A stretch of 62,344 nt of DNA from positions 1 through 62,344 of the forward strand of contig DATGDT010000122.1 of NCBI GenBank assembly GCA_035310725.1, in the 5' to 3' direction. Position numbers and translations under genes: made by a program. Below are positions 1 to 8,742 of the stretch, one piece after another. Positions within the stretch are counted from its first letter, which is position 1. Each line of letters starts with the position of its first letter. Under the pieces are notes generated by a model that saw only the letters and a list, made by a program, of their open reading frames with translations, was not told the DNA's origin and did no database searches. Source of the stretch: Gemmatimonadales bacterium. GTDB lineage: Bacteria; Gemmatimonadota; Gemmatimonadetes; Gemmatimonadales; GWC2-71-9.

Positions 1-587
<587 letters not shown>

Positions 588-639
588 CAGGGTCCTCGTC
601 ATCGGTTGGGAGCCTCGCCGTGGGGGTAGTGCGCGAGAC

Positions 640-655
640 CCGAATATATACCGAA
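640..655 (-). promoter_or_regulatory. AT-rich element with direct repeat TTCGG-TATATA-TTCGG about 55 nt upstream of recA; candidate -10 region or SOS-type operator
   Basis: Minus strand reads GCTTCGGTATATATTCGGGTC. This is the only AT-rich stretch in the 75-nt yraN-recA spacer, and the repeat period is 11 nt. Confidence 0.25.
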
Positions 656-662
656 GCCTGGA

Positions 663-1055
663 TCACCGCCACCCCGGGCGGAACGCATCCTCCAGGTGCT
701 CCAATACGCCCTGCCGCACCGCGATGCAGTCGAACCGGTAGATGTCCGCGGGGACGCCGAACCGGTCGATCCAGGCACGCGCCGCCCGCACCAGCTCCCG
801 CTGCTTCGCGCCGGTCACCGCCTCCAGCGGACTGCCGAAGGCTTCCCCGCGCCGCGACTTCACCTCAATGAAGGCGACCGTCACTCCGCGCCGAGCCACG
901 ATGTCGATCTCGGTCCGCCCGACGCGCCAACGGTGCGCCAGCACCAGCCAGCCCCGGCTGGCGAGAAACCGGATCGCCTGTTCCTCGGCGGCGAGCCCCT
1001 GCTTGTGCCGGTCGTCCGTCCACTCGCTCGGGTCGCTGCGCAGGCCGCGATGCAC
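663..1055 (-). CDS. yraN: YraN/UPF0102 family endonuclease-like protein
   Basis: 130-aa ORF with a GTG start. The layout GLAAEEQAIRFLASRGWLVLAHRWRVGRTEIDIVARRG..VAFIEVKSR is typical of the YraN family. Confidence 0.8.
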   Translation of the reverse strand: MHRGLRSDPSEWTDDRHKQGLAAEEQAIRFLASRGWLVLAHRWRVGRTEIDIVARRGVTVAFIEVKSRRGEAFGSPLEAVTGAKQRELVRAARAWIDRFGVPADIYRFDCIAVRQGVLEHLEDAFRPGWR

Positions 1056-1112
1056 GAGGGGAAGCTAGCGCGCGGCGGCCGACGTCCGTCACCCGAACTG
1101 CGCGAGCGGTGC

Positions 1113-1182
1113 CGAAAAAATGCGCTGTCGGCTATCGGCTATCGGCTATCGGTCAGTCTTAAGCCGATAGCTGATAGCCGAC
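1113..1182 (-). terminator. Intrinsic-terminator-like hairpin after ftsK, built from GGCTATC heptamer repeats and followed by a U6 tract
   Basis: The arm at 1127-1145 (gtcggctatcggctatcgg) pairs with 1164-1182 (ccgatagctgatagccgac) at 18 of 19 positions. A third heptamer copy sits in the loop. AAAAAA at 1115-1120 gives U6 on the minus-strand transcript. The hairpin starts 1 nt after the ftsK stop codon. Confidence 0.6.
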
Positions 1183-3426
1183 TCACGTCCCACAGATCTC
1201 ATCCAGCTCCTCCAACCCCACCAGCACGTCGCGCGGCTTCGAGCCGTTAGCCGGCCCGAGAATCCCCGCCAGCTCCAGCTGGTCGATGATCCGGGCGGCG
1301 CGACCGTACCCGATGCTCATGCGACGCTGCAGCAGCGAGGTGGAGCCGAGCTGGTTCTGGATACACACTTCCGCCGCCTGACGGAACAGCGGATCCCGCT
1401 CGCCCATGTCCTCCGCACCGCCCTCCCCACCGCCCCGCTCGGCCGCTTCCGCCGCTTCGATCGCCGCGATTTGCTGCTCCATCGCCGCCCGCACCGCGGC
1501 GGTGCCGTCCGCCGCTTTGCGGTTCCGGTACCACTCCATGATGCGCTCGGTCTCCTCCGTGGAGATGAACGCGCCCTGCACGCGTACCGGCTCGCTCTTG
1601 CCGGGTGGAAGAAACAGCATGTCGCCGTTGCCGAGCAGCGTCTCGGCGCCGTTCTGGTCGAGAATGGTGCGGCTGTCCACCTTGGCCGAGACCCGGAAGG
1701 CGATGCGGCACGGGAAATTCGCCTTGATGAGCCCGGTGATCACGTTCACGGAGGGACGCTGGGTCGCGAGGATCAGATGAATGCCGATGGCCCGGGCCTT
1801 CTGGGCCAGGGACGCGAGCGGCGTCTCGATCTCGCCCTGGACGGTGAGCATCAGGTCGGCGAGCTCGTCCACCACGAGGACGATGTACGGCAGGATGCCG
1901 TCCTTGTACGCCCCTTCCTCGAACGGCAGCTCCCGCGTGACGCCTGCCTGCGTGGCGAGCGTCTCGCGCGGCCCCTTCAGCGGCCGACCGGTCTCCACTT
2001 TGCGATTGAAATCGGCCATGTTGCGCGCGCCGTTGGCGTGCAGCAGGCGGTAGCGGCGTTCCATCTCCCCCTGCGCCCACTTGAGCACCGTCGCCGCCTT
2101 GTGGTGGCTCGTGACCACCGGCAGTCGCAGGTGCGGCAGGTCGCCGTACATGGACAGCTCCACCATCTTCGGATCCACCATCAGCATCTGCAGCCGGTCG
2201 GGGGGATGCGAGTAGATCAAGCTCGTGATGATGGCGTTGATGCAGACGGACTTCCCTGACCCCGTCGCGCCGGCGATCAGCAGATGCGGCATCTTGGCGA
2301 GGTCGTCGTACACCTCCTGCCCCTCGAGATCGCGGCCCAGCACCACCGGCAGGATGCGGCCCGGCGTGCGAAACCGGGCGTTGTCCACCAGTTCGCGGAT
2401 CGTGACCATCCGAGCCCGCGGATTGGGTACCTCGATGCCGACGCGCGCCTTTCCCGGGATCGGAGCCACGATGCGCAGGCTGCGCGCCTTCATCGCCAGG
2501 GCGAGATCGTCGGCGAGGCCCGCGATCCGCCCCACCTTCACCCCCGGCCCCGGCTCGAGCTCGTAGCGGGTCACGACGGGCCCCACGGTGCGGTCGGCGA
2601 TGGTGCCGCCCACCCGGAACGTCTCGAGGGTCTGCACCAGGCGCTGACCCATCGCCTCGATCTCTTCGGTCCCGGGATCCAGCTCATCGGACGTCGGTGC
2701 GGTCAGGAGCTCGGGCGGCGGGATCAGGACGCCTTCGGGCAGCGGGGCGGCGGGGGCACGGGCAGGGGGTCCGGGCTTGGGACGGCGCTGTCGCTCGGGC
2801 TTCTCCGGCTTGTCCCGGGCGGGAGCGGCCACGACGCCCGCCGCCACCGGCTCCTCCGCTTCGGCCATCACGGGCTTGGCCGGCCGGGGCGGGCGCCGCG
2901 AGCGCCCGCCGTCCTCGAGCGCTGCTCCCCCCGGCTCGCCGCCGGCGCGGAGGATGGCGAGCGGATGCCAACCGACCGTGAGGATGCCGAGCGCGGAGAG
3001 CGCGAACAACCCGACGAGAACTCCGCCCGCCGTACCGACGGCGCGCACCGCCACGCTTGCCAGCCACCCCGGGATGATGCCGACGAGCTGCTGCGACGGG
3101 CTCCACCGCAGGTAATCGGCGGGAAACGCGAGATCCACCCGCCCCACGACCCCGATGGCGAACGGCACGAGCAGCACGAGGCCGGCGACCAGGGCCGCCG
3201 CCCGCGGCGTCGAGAGCGGTCCCAGGCGCCCGAACGCGGCGAGCGCCCATCCCACGCCCAGCACCGGCAGCAGGACGGCCCCTGCGCCCAGGTTCTGCCA
3301 GCAGAAGCTCCCCAGCCGCTCACCGAGCCCGCCGGTGAGGTGCCAGGGCAGCAGGGTGAGGCCGAGGAAGAGCCCGACGACGAGTGCGCCGACGCCGCCC
3401 AGCTCCGCTCGCGCCTTGGGGTTCAT
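1183..3426 (-). CDS. ftsK: DNA translocase FtsK/SpoIIIE
   Basis: 747 aa. It has N-terminal hydrophobic segments, a Pro/Ala/Glu-rich linker, a motor domain with Walker A (IAGATGSGKSVCINA), and a C-terminal gamma-like winged helix (LGSTSLLQRRMSIGYGRAARIIDQLE). Confidence 0.95.
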   Translation of the reverse strand: MNPKARAELGGVGALVVGLFLGLTLLPWHLTGGLGERLGSFCWQNLGAGAVLLPVLGVGWALAAFGRLGPLSTPRAAALVAGLVLLVPFAIGVVGRVDLAFPADYLRWSPSQQLVGIIPGWLASVAVRAVGTAGGVLVGLFALSALGILTVGWHPLAILRAGGEPGGAALEDGGRSRRPPRPAKPVMAEAEEPVAAGVVAAPARDKPEKPERQRRPKPGPPARAPAAPLPEGVLIPPPELLTAPTSDELDPGTEEIEAMGQRLVQTLETFRVGGTIADRTVGPVVTRYELEPGPGVKVGRIAGLADDLALAMKARSLRIVAPIPGKARVGIEVPNPRARMVTIRELVDNARFRTPGRILPVVLGRDLEGQEVYDDLAKMPHLLIAGATGSGKSVCINAIITSLIYSHPPDRLQMLMVDPKMVELSMYGDLPHLRLPVVTSHHKAATVLKWAQGEMERRYRLLHANGARNMADFNRKVETGRPLKGPRETLATQAGVTRELPFEEGAYKDGILPYIVLVVDELADLMLTVQGEIETPLASLAQKARAIGIHLILATQRPSVNVITGLIKANFPCRIAFRVSAKVDSRTILDQNGAETLLGNGDMLFLPPGKSEPVRVQGAFISTEETERIMEWYRNRKAADGTAAVRAAMEQQIAAIEAAEAAERGGGEGGAEDMGERDPLFRQAAEVCIQNQLGSTSLLQRRMSIGYGRAARIIDQLELAGILGPANGSKPRDVLVGLEELDEICGT

Positions 3427-4142
3427 GTGATGCGGCGGTCCACGTAGGCGGGCACGAGCGCGTACCGATCCATTTTCGCGCTGAAGCGGACGTCCTCGCC
3501 CAGCTGGAGCGACTCCAGCGCCCGTCCCGCCTCGGAGGCCGTGAAGGCATCCAGAAAGTTCTTGTACCGCTGGGTCAGCGCGAGGGACACCTCGGCGCCG
3601 TCGTTCAGCGACAGCTTGCGCAGTCCCTTCTTGACCAGCTTCACGAGTCGCCCCGCCACGTAGGCGTCTTCCAGGGCGAACTGTTTCTCACGCCCGGCGC
3701 AGATGATCGCCAGGTCGCCGCGCTCGCGCAGCACCGCTCCCGCCCGCTCGGCGACCGCGCCGAAATTCACCGCAGCGCCCACCAGCACCGGATCGGCGCC
3801 CTGCGCGGCGACCAGCGCCGGCGTGCCGTTGGTGGTCGCCAGGTACACGGTCTTGGCGCCGACCTGCTCGGGCGTCATCTCGTTCGGCGAGTTTCCCAGC
3901 GGGAACCCGGGAATCGGCAGGTAGCGCCGCTCACCCGCGAGCACGAAGCCGTCGCGCTCGAGGTTGCCGGTCATCTTGACCGCTTCTTCCGAAGACGCGG
4001 TCGGGACGACCGCGCGGGCCCCGTTGGCCAGCGCGGTGATGATCGTCGTGGTGGCACGCAGGACGTCGATGACGACGACCCCCCGGCCGGCGAGGTCTCC
4101 TGCGGTCGGGCCGGGCGGGGTGAAGTACACGTCGAGTTTCAT
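3423..4142 (-). CDS. 2-phosphosulfolactate phosphatase family protein (ComB-like)
   Basis: 239 aa. The N-terminus [21 protein letters not shown] and the later NGT..L and CAG motifs match my recollection of the ComB family. ATGA overlaps link it to accC upstream and ftsK downstream. Confidence 0.7.
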   Translation of the reverse strand: MKLDVYFTPPGPTAGDLAGRGVVVIDVLRATTTIITALANGARAVVPTASSEEAVKMTGNLERDGFVLAGERRYLPIPGFPLGNSPNEMTPEQVGAKTVYLATTNGTPALVAAQGADPVLVGAAVNFGAVAERAGAVLRERGDLAIICAGREKQFALEDAYVAGRLVKLVKKGLRKLSLNDGAEVSLALTQRYKNFLDAFTASEAGRALESLQLGEDVRFSAKMDRYALVPAYVDRRIT

Positions 4143-5497
4143 TCGGGATCTTTGAGGAGCTGCGGCTCGCGTTCGAGGAACTTGGTGTCGATCTGCCCCG
4201 CGACGAAATCGGGATGACGCATCACCCGTCCCAGGAACGGGATCGTCGTCCGCACGCCCTCAATGATAAACGAGTCGAGCGCCTGGCGCATACGGGCGAT
4301 GGCTTCGGCGCGGTCGTTGCCGTGCACGATGACCTTGGCGAGCAGCGAGTCGTAGTACGGCGGCACGGTGTAGCCGGCGTAGATATGCGTGTCGACCCGC
4401 ACGCCCGGGCCGCCCGGCGGGTGAAACGTGGAGATGAGCCCGGGTGAGGGCTGGAAGTTCCGGGCCGGGTCCTCCGCGTTGACGCGGCACTCGATGGCGT
4501 GGCCGCGCAGCCGGTTTCCGTGCAACACCAGCGACAGCGGCTCTCCCGCCGCGACCCGGATCTGTTCTTTCACGAGGTCGAAGTTCGTGCACATCTCGGT
4601 CACGGGATGCTCGACCTGGATCCGGGTGTTCATCTCCATGAAATAGAACGAGCCGTCCTCATCGAGCAGGAACTCGATGGTGCCCGCCCCCACGTAACTG
4701 ATCGCTTCCGCGAGCCGCACCGCCGATCCACCGATGCGATCGCGCAGCGCCTGGTCGAGCGCCGGGCTCGGCGCCTCCTCGATCAGTTTCTGATGGCGCC
4801 GCTGCACCGAGCAGTCCCGCTCGCACACGTGCATCACCCGGCCGTGCTGGTCGCCCATGATCTGGATTTCGATGTGCCGCGGGCGGGCGAGGTACTTCTC
4901 GATGTAGACCTGATCGGAGCCGAAGGCCGCGAGCGCTTCCTGCCGGGCGAGGTTGTAGGCCTGCGTGAACGCGTCGGCGTCAACCGCCACGCGCATCCCT
5001 TTTCCCCCGCCGCCCGCCGCCGCCTTGATGATCACCGGAAACCCGATCTCCGCGGCGACCGCCAGGGCGTCTTCCAGGCTTTCGACCGGCCCCGGGGACC
5101 CCGGCACGGTGGGCACCCGGAGCTGCTGCGCGAGCTCGCGCGCCGCCGCCTTGTCCCCCATCTGGCGGATCTGGTCCGGCGTCGGTCCGATGAACGCGAT
5201 CCCGGAGGTACGGACGATTTCGGCGAACTCCGCGTTCTCCGCCAGGAATCCGTATCCCGGATGGATGGCATCCGCCCCGGTGATCTCGGCGGCCGCGATG
5301 ATGCGGGAAATGTTGAGGTAGCTGTCGCGGGATGGGGCCTGGCCGATACACACGTCGTCGTCGGCGAACCGCACGTGCAGACATTCGCGGTCCGCTTCGG
5401 AATACACCGCGACGGTCGCGATCCCCAGCTCCTTGCAGGCACGAATCACCCGCAGGGCGATCTCCCCGCGGTTGGCGATCAGCACCTTCTGGAACAT
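4139..5497 (-). CDS. accC: Acetyl-CoA carboxylase, biotin carboxylase subunit
   Basis: 452 aa. [26 protein letters not shown]..., GGGGKGMRV, and [14 protein letters not shown] are classic AccC motifs. Confidence 0.97.
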   Translation of the reverse strand: MFQKVLIANRGEIALRVIRACKELGIATVAVYSEADRECLHVRFADDDVCIGQAPSRDSYLNISRIIAAAEITGADAIHPGYGFLAENAEFAEIVRTSGIAFIGPTPDQIRQMGDKAAARELAQQLRVPTVPGSPGPVESLEDALAVAAEIGFPVIIKAAAGGGGKGMRVAVDADAFTQAYNLARQEALAAFGSDQVYIEKYLARPRHIEIQIMGDQHGRVMHVCERDCSVQRRHQKLIEEAPSPALDQALRDRIGGSAVRLAEAISYVGAGTIEFLLDEDGSFYFMEMNTRIQVEHPVTEMCTNFDLVKEQIRVAAGEPLSLVLHGNRLRGHAIECRVNAEDPARNFQPSPGLISTFHPPGGPGVRVDTHIYAGYTVPPYYDSLLAKVIVHGNDRAEAIARMRQALDSFIIEGVRTTIPFLGRVMRHPDFVAGQIDTKFLEREPQLLKDPE

Positions 5498-6663
5498 CAG
5501 CTGGTGAGGCCGATCGACTCGACTCCGGCGCCCGCGCCGGGTCCGCTGAGCTTGCTGCCGGACGCGTCCACGCCCGAAACCTTCAGCGCGAACTCGCTCG
5601 GATTGGTCGCGTAGAAAATGGCGCTCTCATAGCTGATCACGCCATGCTGGTACCACTGGAACAGCGACTGATCGAAGCTCTGCATCCCGTACTGGATCGA
5701 GCCCTCGGCGATCAGGTCCGGGATGTTGAGCGACTTGGTGAGGTCGCGCACGTTCTCGGCCACGGCCGCGGTGTTGATCAGCACCTCCGCCGCCGGCACC
5801 CGACCCTTGGCGTCCTTGCGCGGCACGAGTCGCAGCGAAACCACCGCCTGCAACGCCGTGGAGAGCAGGTGGCGCACCTCGTCGTGCTGGTGCGGCGGAA
5901 AGAACGAGATCACCCGGTTGATCGTCTGCGTCGCGTCGGTCGTGTGCAGCGTGGAGAACACGAGATGCCCGGTGTCCGCCGCCTTGAGGGCCGTGTCGAG
6001 CGTCTCCATGTCGCGGATTTCGCCGATCAGGATCACGTCGGGGTCCTGGCGCAAAACGTGCCGCAGCGCCGAGCCGAACGACAGGGTGTCGTTCCCCACC
6101 TCGCGCTGCGAGATGTTGGCCAGATTGTCCCGGTGGAGGAACTCGATCGGGTCCTCGATCGTGATGATGTTCACCCGCCGGCTCGCATTGACGTGGTTGA
6201 TCATCGCCGCGAGACAGGTGGACTTCCCCGAGCCGGTCACGCCGGTCACCAGCACCAGTCCGCGCGGCCGCAGCGCGATCTCCTCCAGCACCGGCGGGAG
6301 GTTCAGCTCCTGGATCGTCTTCACCTCGTAGGGGATCGCCCGGAACGCGAACGCCACGGTCCCGCGCTGCTGGTACACGTTGGTGCGGAACCGGCCCACG
6401 CCCGGCACGCCGATGGCGAAATCCGCCTCCTTGTGCTCGGCGAACTCCTTCACCTGCCGCGGCGTCATGATCTGCTCGGCGAGGGACTTCAACTCCTCCG
6501 GCTTCAGGGGCTGGGTCTCCAGCGACACCAGATCCCCGTTGACCCGAACCGTCGCCGGCCGGCCGACCTTGAGCAGCAGATCGGAGCCGTTGCGCTGGAC
6601 CATCTGCGTGATTGCCGCCTTGAAGTTGAACGGCGGCGGATTTCCCTGCGGGGCCTCAGCCAT
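5497..6663 (-). CDS. pilT: PilT/PilU-family type IV pilus retraction-type ATPase
   Basis: Walker A is [19 protein letters not shown]. The Walker B/Asp-His box region is [34 protein letters not shown]. The C-terminus [23 protein letters not shown] is PilU-like. I chose ATG 6663 (MAEAPQG); the track ORF extends to 6711. The stop codon shares one base with the accC ATG (TGATG), and the start overlaps the accB stop by 8 nt. Confidence 0.85.
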   Translation of the reverse strand: MAEAPQGNPPPFNFKAAITQMVQRNGSDLLLKVGRPATVRVNGDLVSLETQPLKPEELKSLAEQIMTPRQVKEFAEHKEADFAIGVPGVGRFRTNVYQQRGTVAFAFRAIPYEVKTIQELNLPPVLEEIALRPRGLVLVTGVTGSGKSTCLAAMINHVNASRRVNIITIEDPIEFLHRDNLANISQREVGNDTLSFGSALRHVLRQDPDVILIGEIRDMETLDTALKAADTGHLVFSTLHTTDATQTINRVISFFPPHQHDEVRHLLSTALQAVVSLRLVPRKDAKGRVPAAEVLINTAAVAENVRDLTKSLNIPDLIAEGSIQYGMQSFDQSLFQWYQHGVISYESAIFYATNPSEFALKVSGVDASGSKLSGPGAGAGVESIGLTS

Positions 6664-7138
6664 GGGGATCCACCCGGAAGAGGACTTGGCCGAACTCGAC
6701 GGGCTGGGCATTCTCCACGCAGACCTCGCGGATCGCGCCCTGCACCTCGGCCTCGATTTCGTTCATGATCTTCATCGCCTCGATGATGCACACGACCTGC
6801 CCCGTGACGACCCGGGTCCCCACCTTCACGTAGGGCTCCGCCCCCGGCTCCGGCGCCTTGTAGAAGGTGCCGACCATCGGCGACTTGATCTCAAGCAGCG
6901 CACTCGGAGGGGCCGCTGCCGGCGCGGGCGCGGCCGGCACGGCGCCCGCGGGCGCCGCCGGCGCGACGGCCGCCGGTGCCGCGACCACGACGGATCCGGG
7001 GCTTCCCGTCGACACGCCGGCCTTCGAAACCCGCACGGACGACCAGAGCCCGAGCAGTCCGCGGCGTACCTCGATCGCCCCCAGCTCCGGCGTATCCCGG
7101 AGGATTTTGACCAGCTGTCCGATGAGATCCAGGTTCAT
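6656..7138 (-). CDS. accB: Acetyl-CoA carboxylase, biotin carboxyl carrier protein
   Basis: 160 aa with an Ala/Pro linker. The biotinyl-lysine motif is [15 protein letters not shown]. Confidence 0.95.
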   Translation of the reverse strand: MNLDLIGQLVKILRDTPELGAIEVRRGLLGLWSSVRVSKAGVSTGSPGSVVVAAPAAVAPAAPAGAVPAAPAPAAAPPSALLEIKSPMVGTFYKAPEPGAEPYVKVGTRVVTGQVVCIIEAMKIMNEIEAEVQGAIREVCVENAQPVEFGQVLFRVDPHG

Positions 7139-7211
7139 GTCTTCACAGTTCGTGGCACGAGGTCCAAATAGACCACCCGGAGAAGCAATCCGTCAATGCG
7201 CGGTTCCGGCG

Positions 7212-8306
7212 TCACACCACCTCCACCAGGTCGGTCCCCCCGTCGGACAGGAGCACGGGGCCCTCCGCTGCCAGGTGGACATCATCCTCCAGGCGCACGC
7301 CGCCCTGCCCCGGCAGGTAGATCCCCGGCTCGATCGTCACGACGGCGTCGACGGGCAGCGGCTCCGCATTGGTGCGGGCGAGCCGAGGGGCTTCGTGCAC
7401 CTCGAGACCCAGGCCGTGGCCCAGCGAATGCCCGAAGGCATCACCGAAACCACGCGCATCGATCAGGTCGCGAGCCAGGGCGTCGGCCTCGCGCCCACTC
7501 ATGCGCGCCCGCACCCCCTCCCGCGCCGTCCGCTGCGCGGTGTGCACCAGGTCGTACAGCACCCGCTGCGCGTCCGTGGCGCGCGCGCCGACTACGACCG
7601 TCCGCGTGATGTCCGCACAGTAGCCGTCGACCTGGGCGCCGAAATCGAGCAGCAGCCACTCCCCGCGCGCCACCGGCCGCGCGCTGGTGCGCGCGTGTGG
7701 CCACGCCGTGCGCGGCCCGGAAGCGACGATCGTCGGGAACGGATGCGCCTCGCTGCCCAGGCGACGCAGATGCCCTTCGAGCAGGCCCGCGATCTCGCGC
7801 TCCGTCTGACCGCACCGCACCGCGCCGAGCGTGGCCCGCAGCGCGTCACCGGCCAGGGAAGCGGCGGCGCGCACGGCGGCGACCTCCCCCGGACTCTTCC
7901 GTACGCGCAGCCGCTCCACGAGCTCCGGCGCCGCGCGCCAGCGCCAGGCCTTCCCCGCAGTCGCGAACCGCTCGGCGTCCTTCGCCGACAGGATGTGCGC
8001 TTCGAAGCCTATCGTCCCCGGCTGGCCGGCGGACGCGATCTCCCGGAACAGGCGGTCCCAGGCGCTGGTGCGCTCCACCACCACGCGCGCCGCGTCACCC
8101 ACCTCGGCTTCCGCCTGCGCTTCGTAGCGGAAGTCGGTCACCAGCAGCACCCCGCTCGCGGTCGCCAGCACCAGGGCCGCCGAGCCGCTGAATCCCGTCA
8201 GATAGCGGATGTTCGGCAGCGACGTCACCAGCAGGGCGTCCAGCCCTTCCGCCTCGAGCAGCCGGACGAGCGCCGCCTGCCGCGCGGAGCGCGCGTCTTC
8301 ATCCAC
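7212..8306 (-). CDS. M24 family Xaa-Pro aminopeptidase/dipeptidase
   Basis: 364 aa. It has a creatinase-like N-domain, and the metal-ligand region is GHSLGHGLGLEVHEAP...EPGIY. The GTG start overlaps the aroQ stop by 8 nt. Confidence 0.9.
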   Translation of the reverse strand: MDEDARSARQAALVRLLEAEGLDALLVTSLPNIRYLTGFSGSAALVLATASGVLLVTDFRYEAQAEAEVGDAARVVVERTSAWDRLFREIASAGQPGTIGFEAHILSAKDAERFATAGKAWRWRAAPELVERLRVRKSPGEVAAVRAAASLAGDALRATLGAVRCGQTEREIAGLLEGHLRRLGSEAHPFPTIVASGPRTAWPHARTSARPVARGEWLLLDFGAQVDGYCADITRTVVVGARATDAQRVLYDLVHTAQRTAREGVRARMSGREADALARDLIDARGFGDAFGHSLGHGLGLEVHEAPRLARTNAEPLPVDAVVTIEPGIYLPGQGGVRLEDDVHLAAEGPVLLSDGGTDLVEVV

Positions 8307-8742
8307 GGCGTGCGGCGAGGAAGCGCACCAGGCCGTCCAGCGCGAGCCGGTAGCTGTCCGCCCCGAAGCCGCTCACGATCCCCACGGCGAGATCGGCGAG
8401 CAGCGAACGGCGGCGCTCCGGTTCCCGCGCGAAGATGTTCGACAGGTGCACTTCGACGAACGGCACCTGCGCCGCCAGCAGCGCGTCGCGCACGGCCAGA
8501 CTGGTGTGCGTGAACGCGGCCGCGTTGACCAGCGCGCCGTCCACCGTGCCCCGCAACCGCTGCACGGCTTCCACCAGCTCCCCTTCGTGGTTCGTCTGCG
8601 TCCAGACGCACTCGACGCCGAGTGCGGCGGCCTGAGCGCTCGTGGCGACTTCGATTTCCCCGAGCGTCGCACGCCCGTAGACCTCCGGTTCGCGGACGCC
8701 CAGGAGGTTGAGATTGGGGCCGTTCAGAACGGCGATGCGCAC
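8299..8742 (-). CDS. aroQ: Type II 3-dehydroquinate dehydratase
   Basis: 147 aa. MRIAVLNGPNLNLLGVREPEVYG...HLSNIFAREPERR. The GTG start overlaps the upstream TPR gene's stop codon by 1 nt. Confidence 0.95.
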   Translation of the reverse strand: MRIAVLNGPNLNLLGVREPEVYGRATLGEIEVATSAQAAALGVECVWTQTNHEGELVEAVQRLRGTVDGALVNAAAFTHTSLAVRDALLAAQVPFVEVHLSNIFAREPERRRSLLADLAVGIVSGFGADSYRLALDGLVRFLAARRG

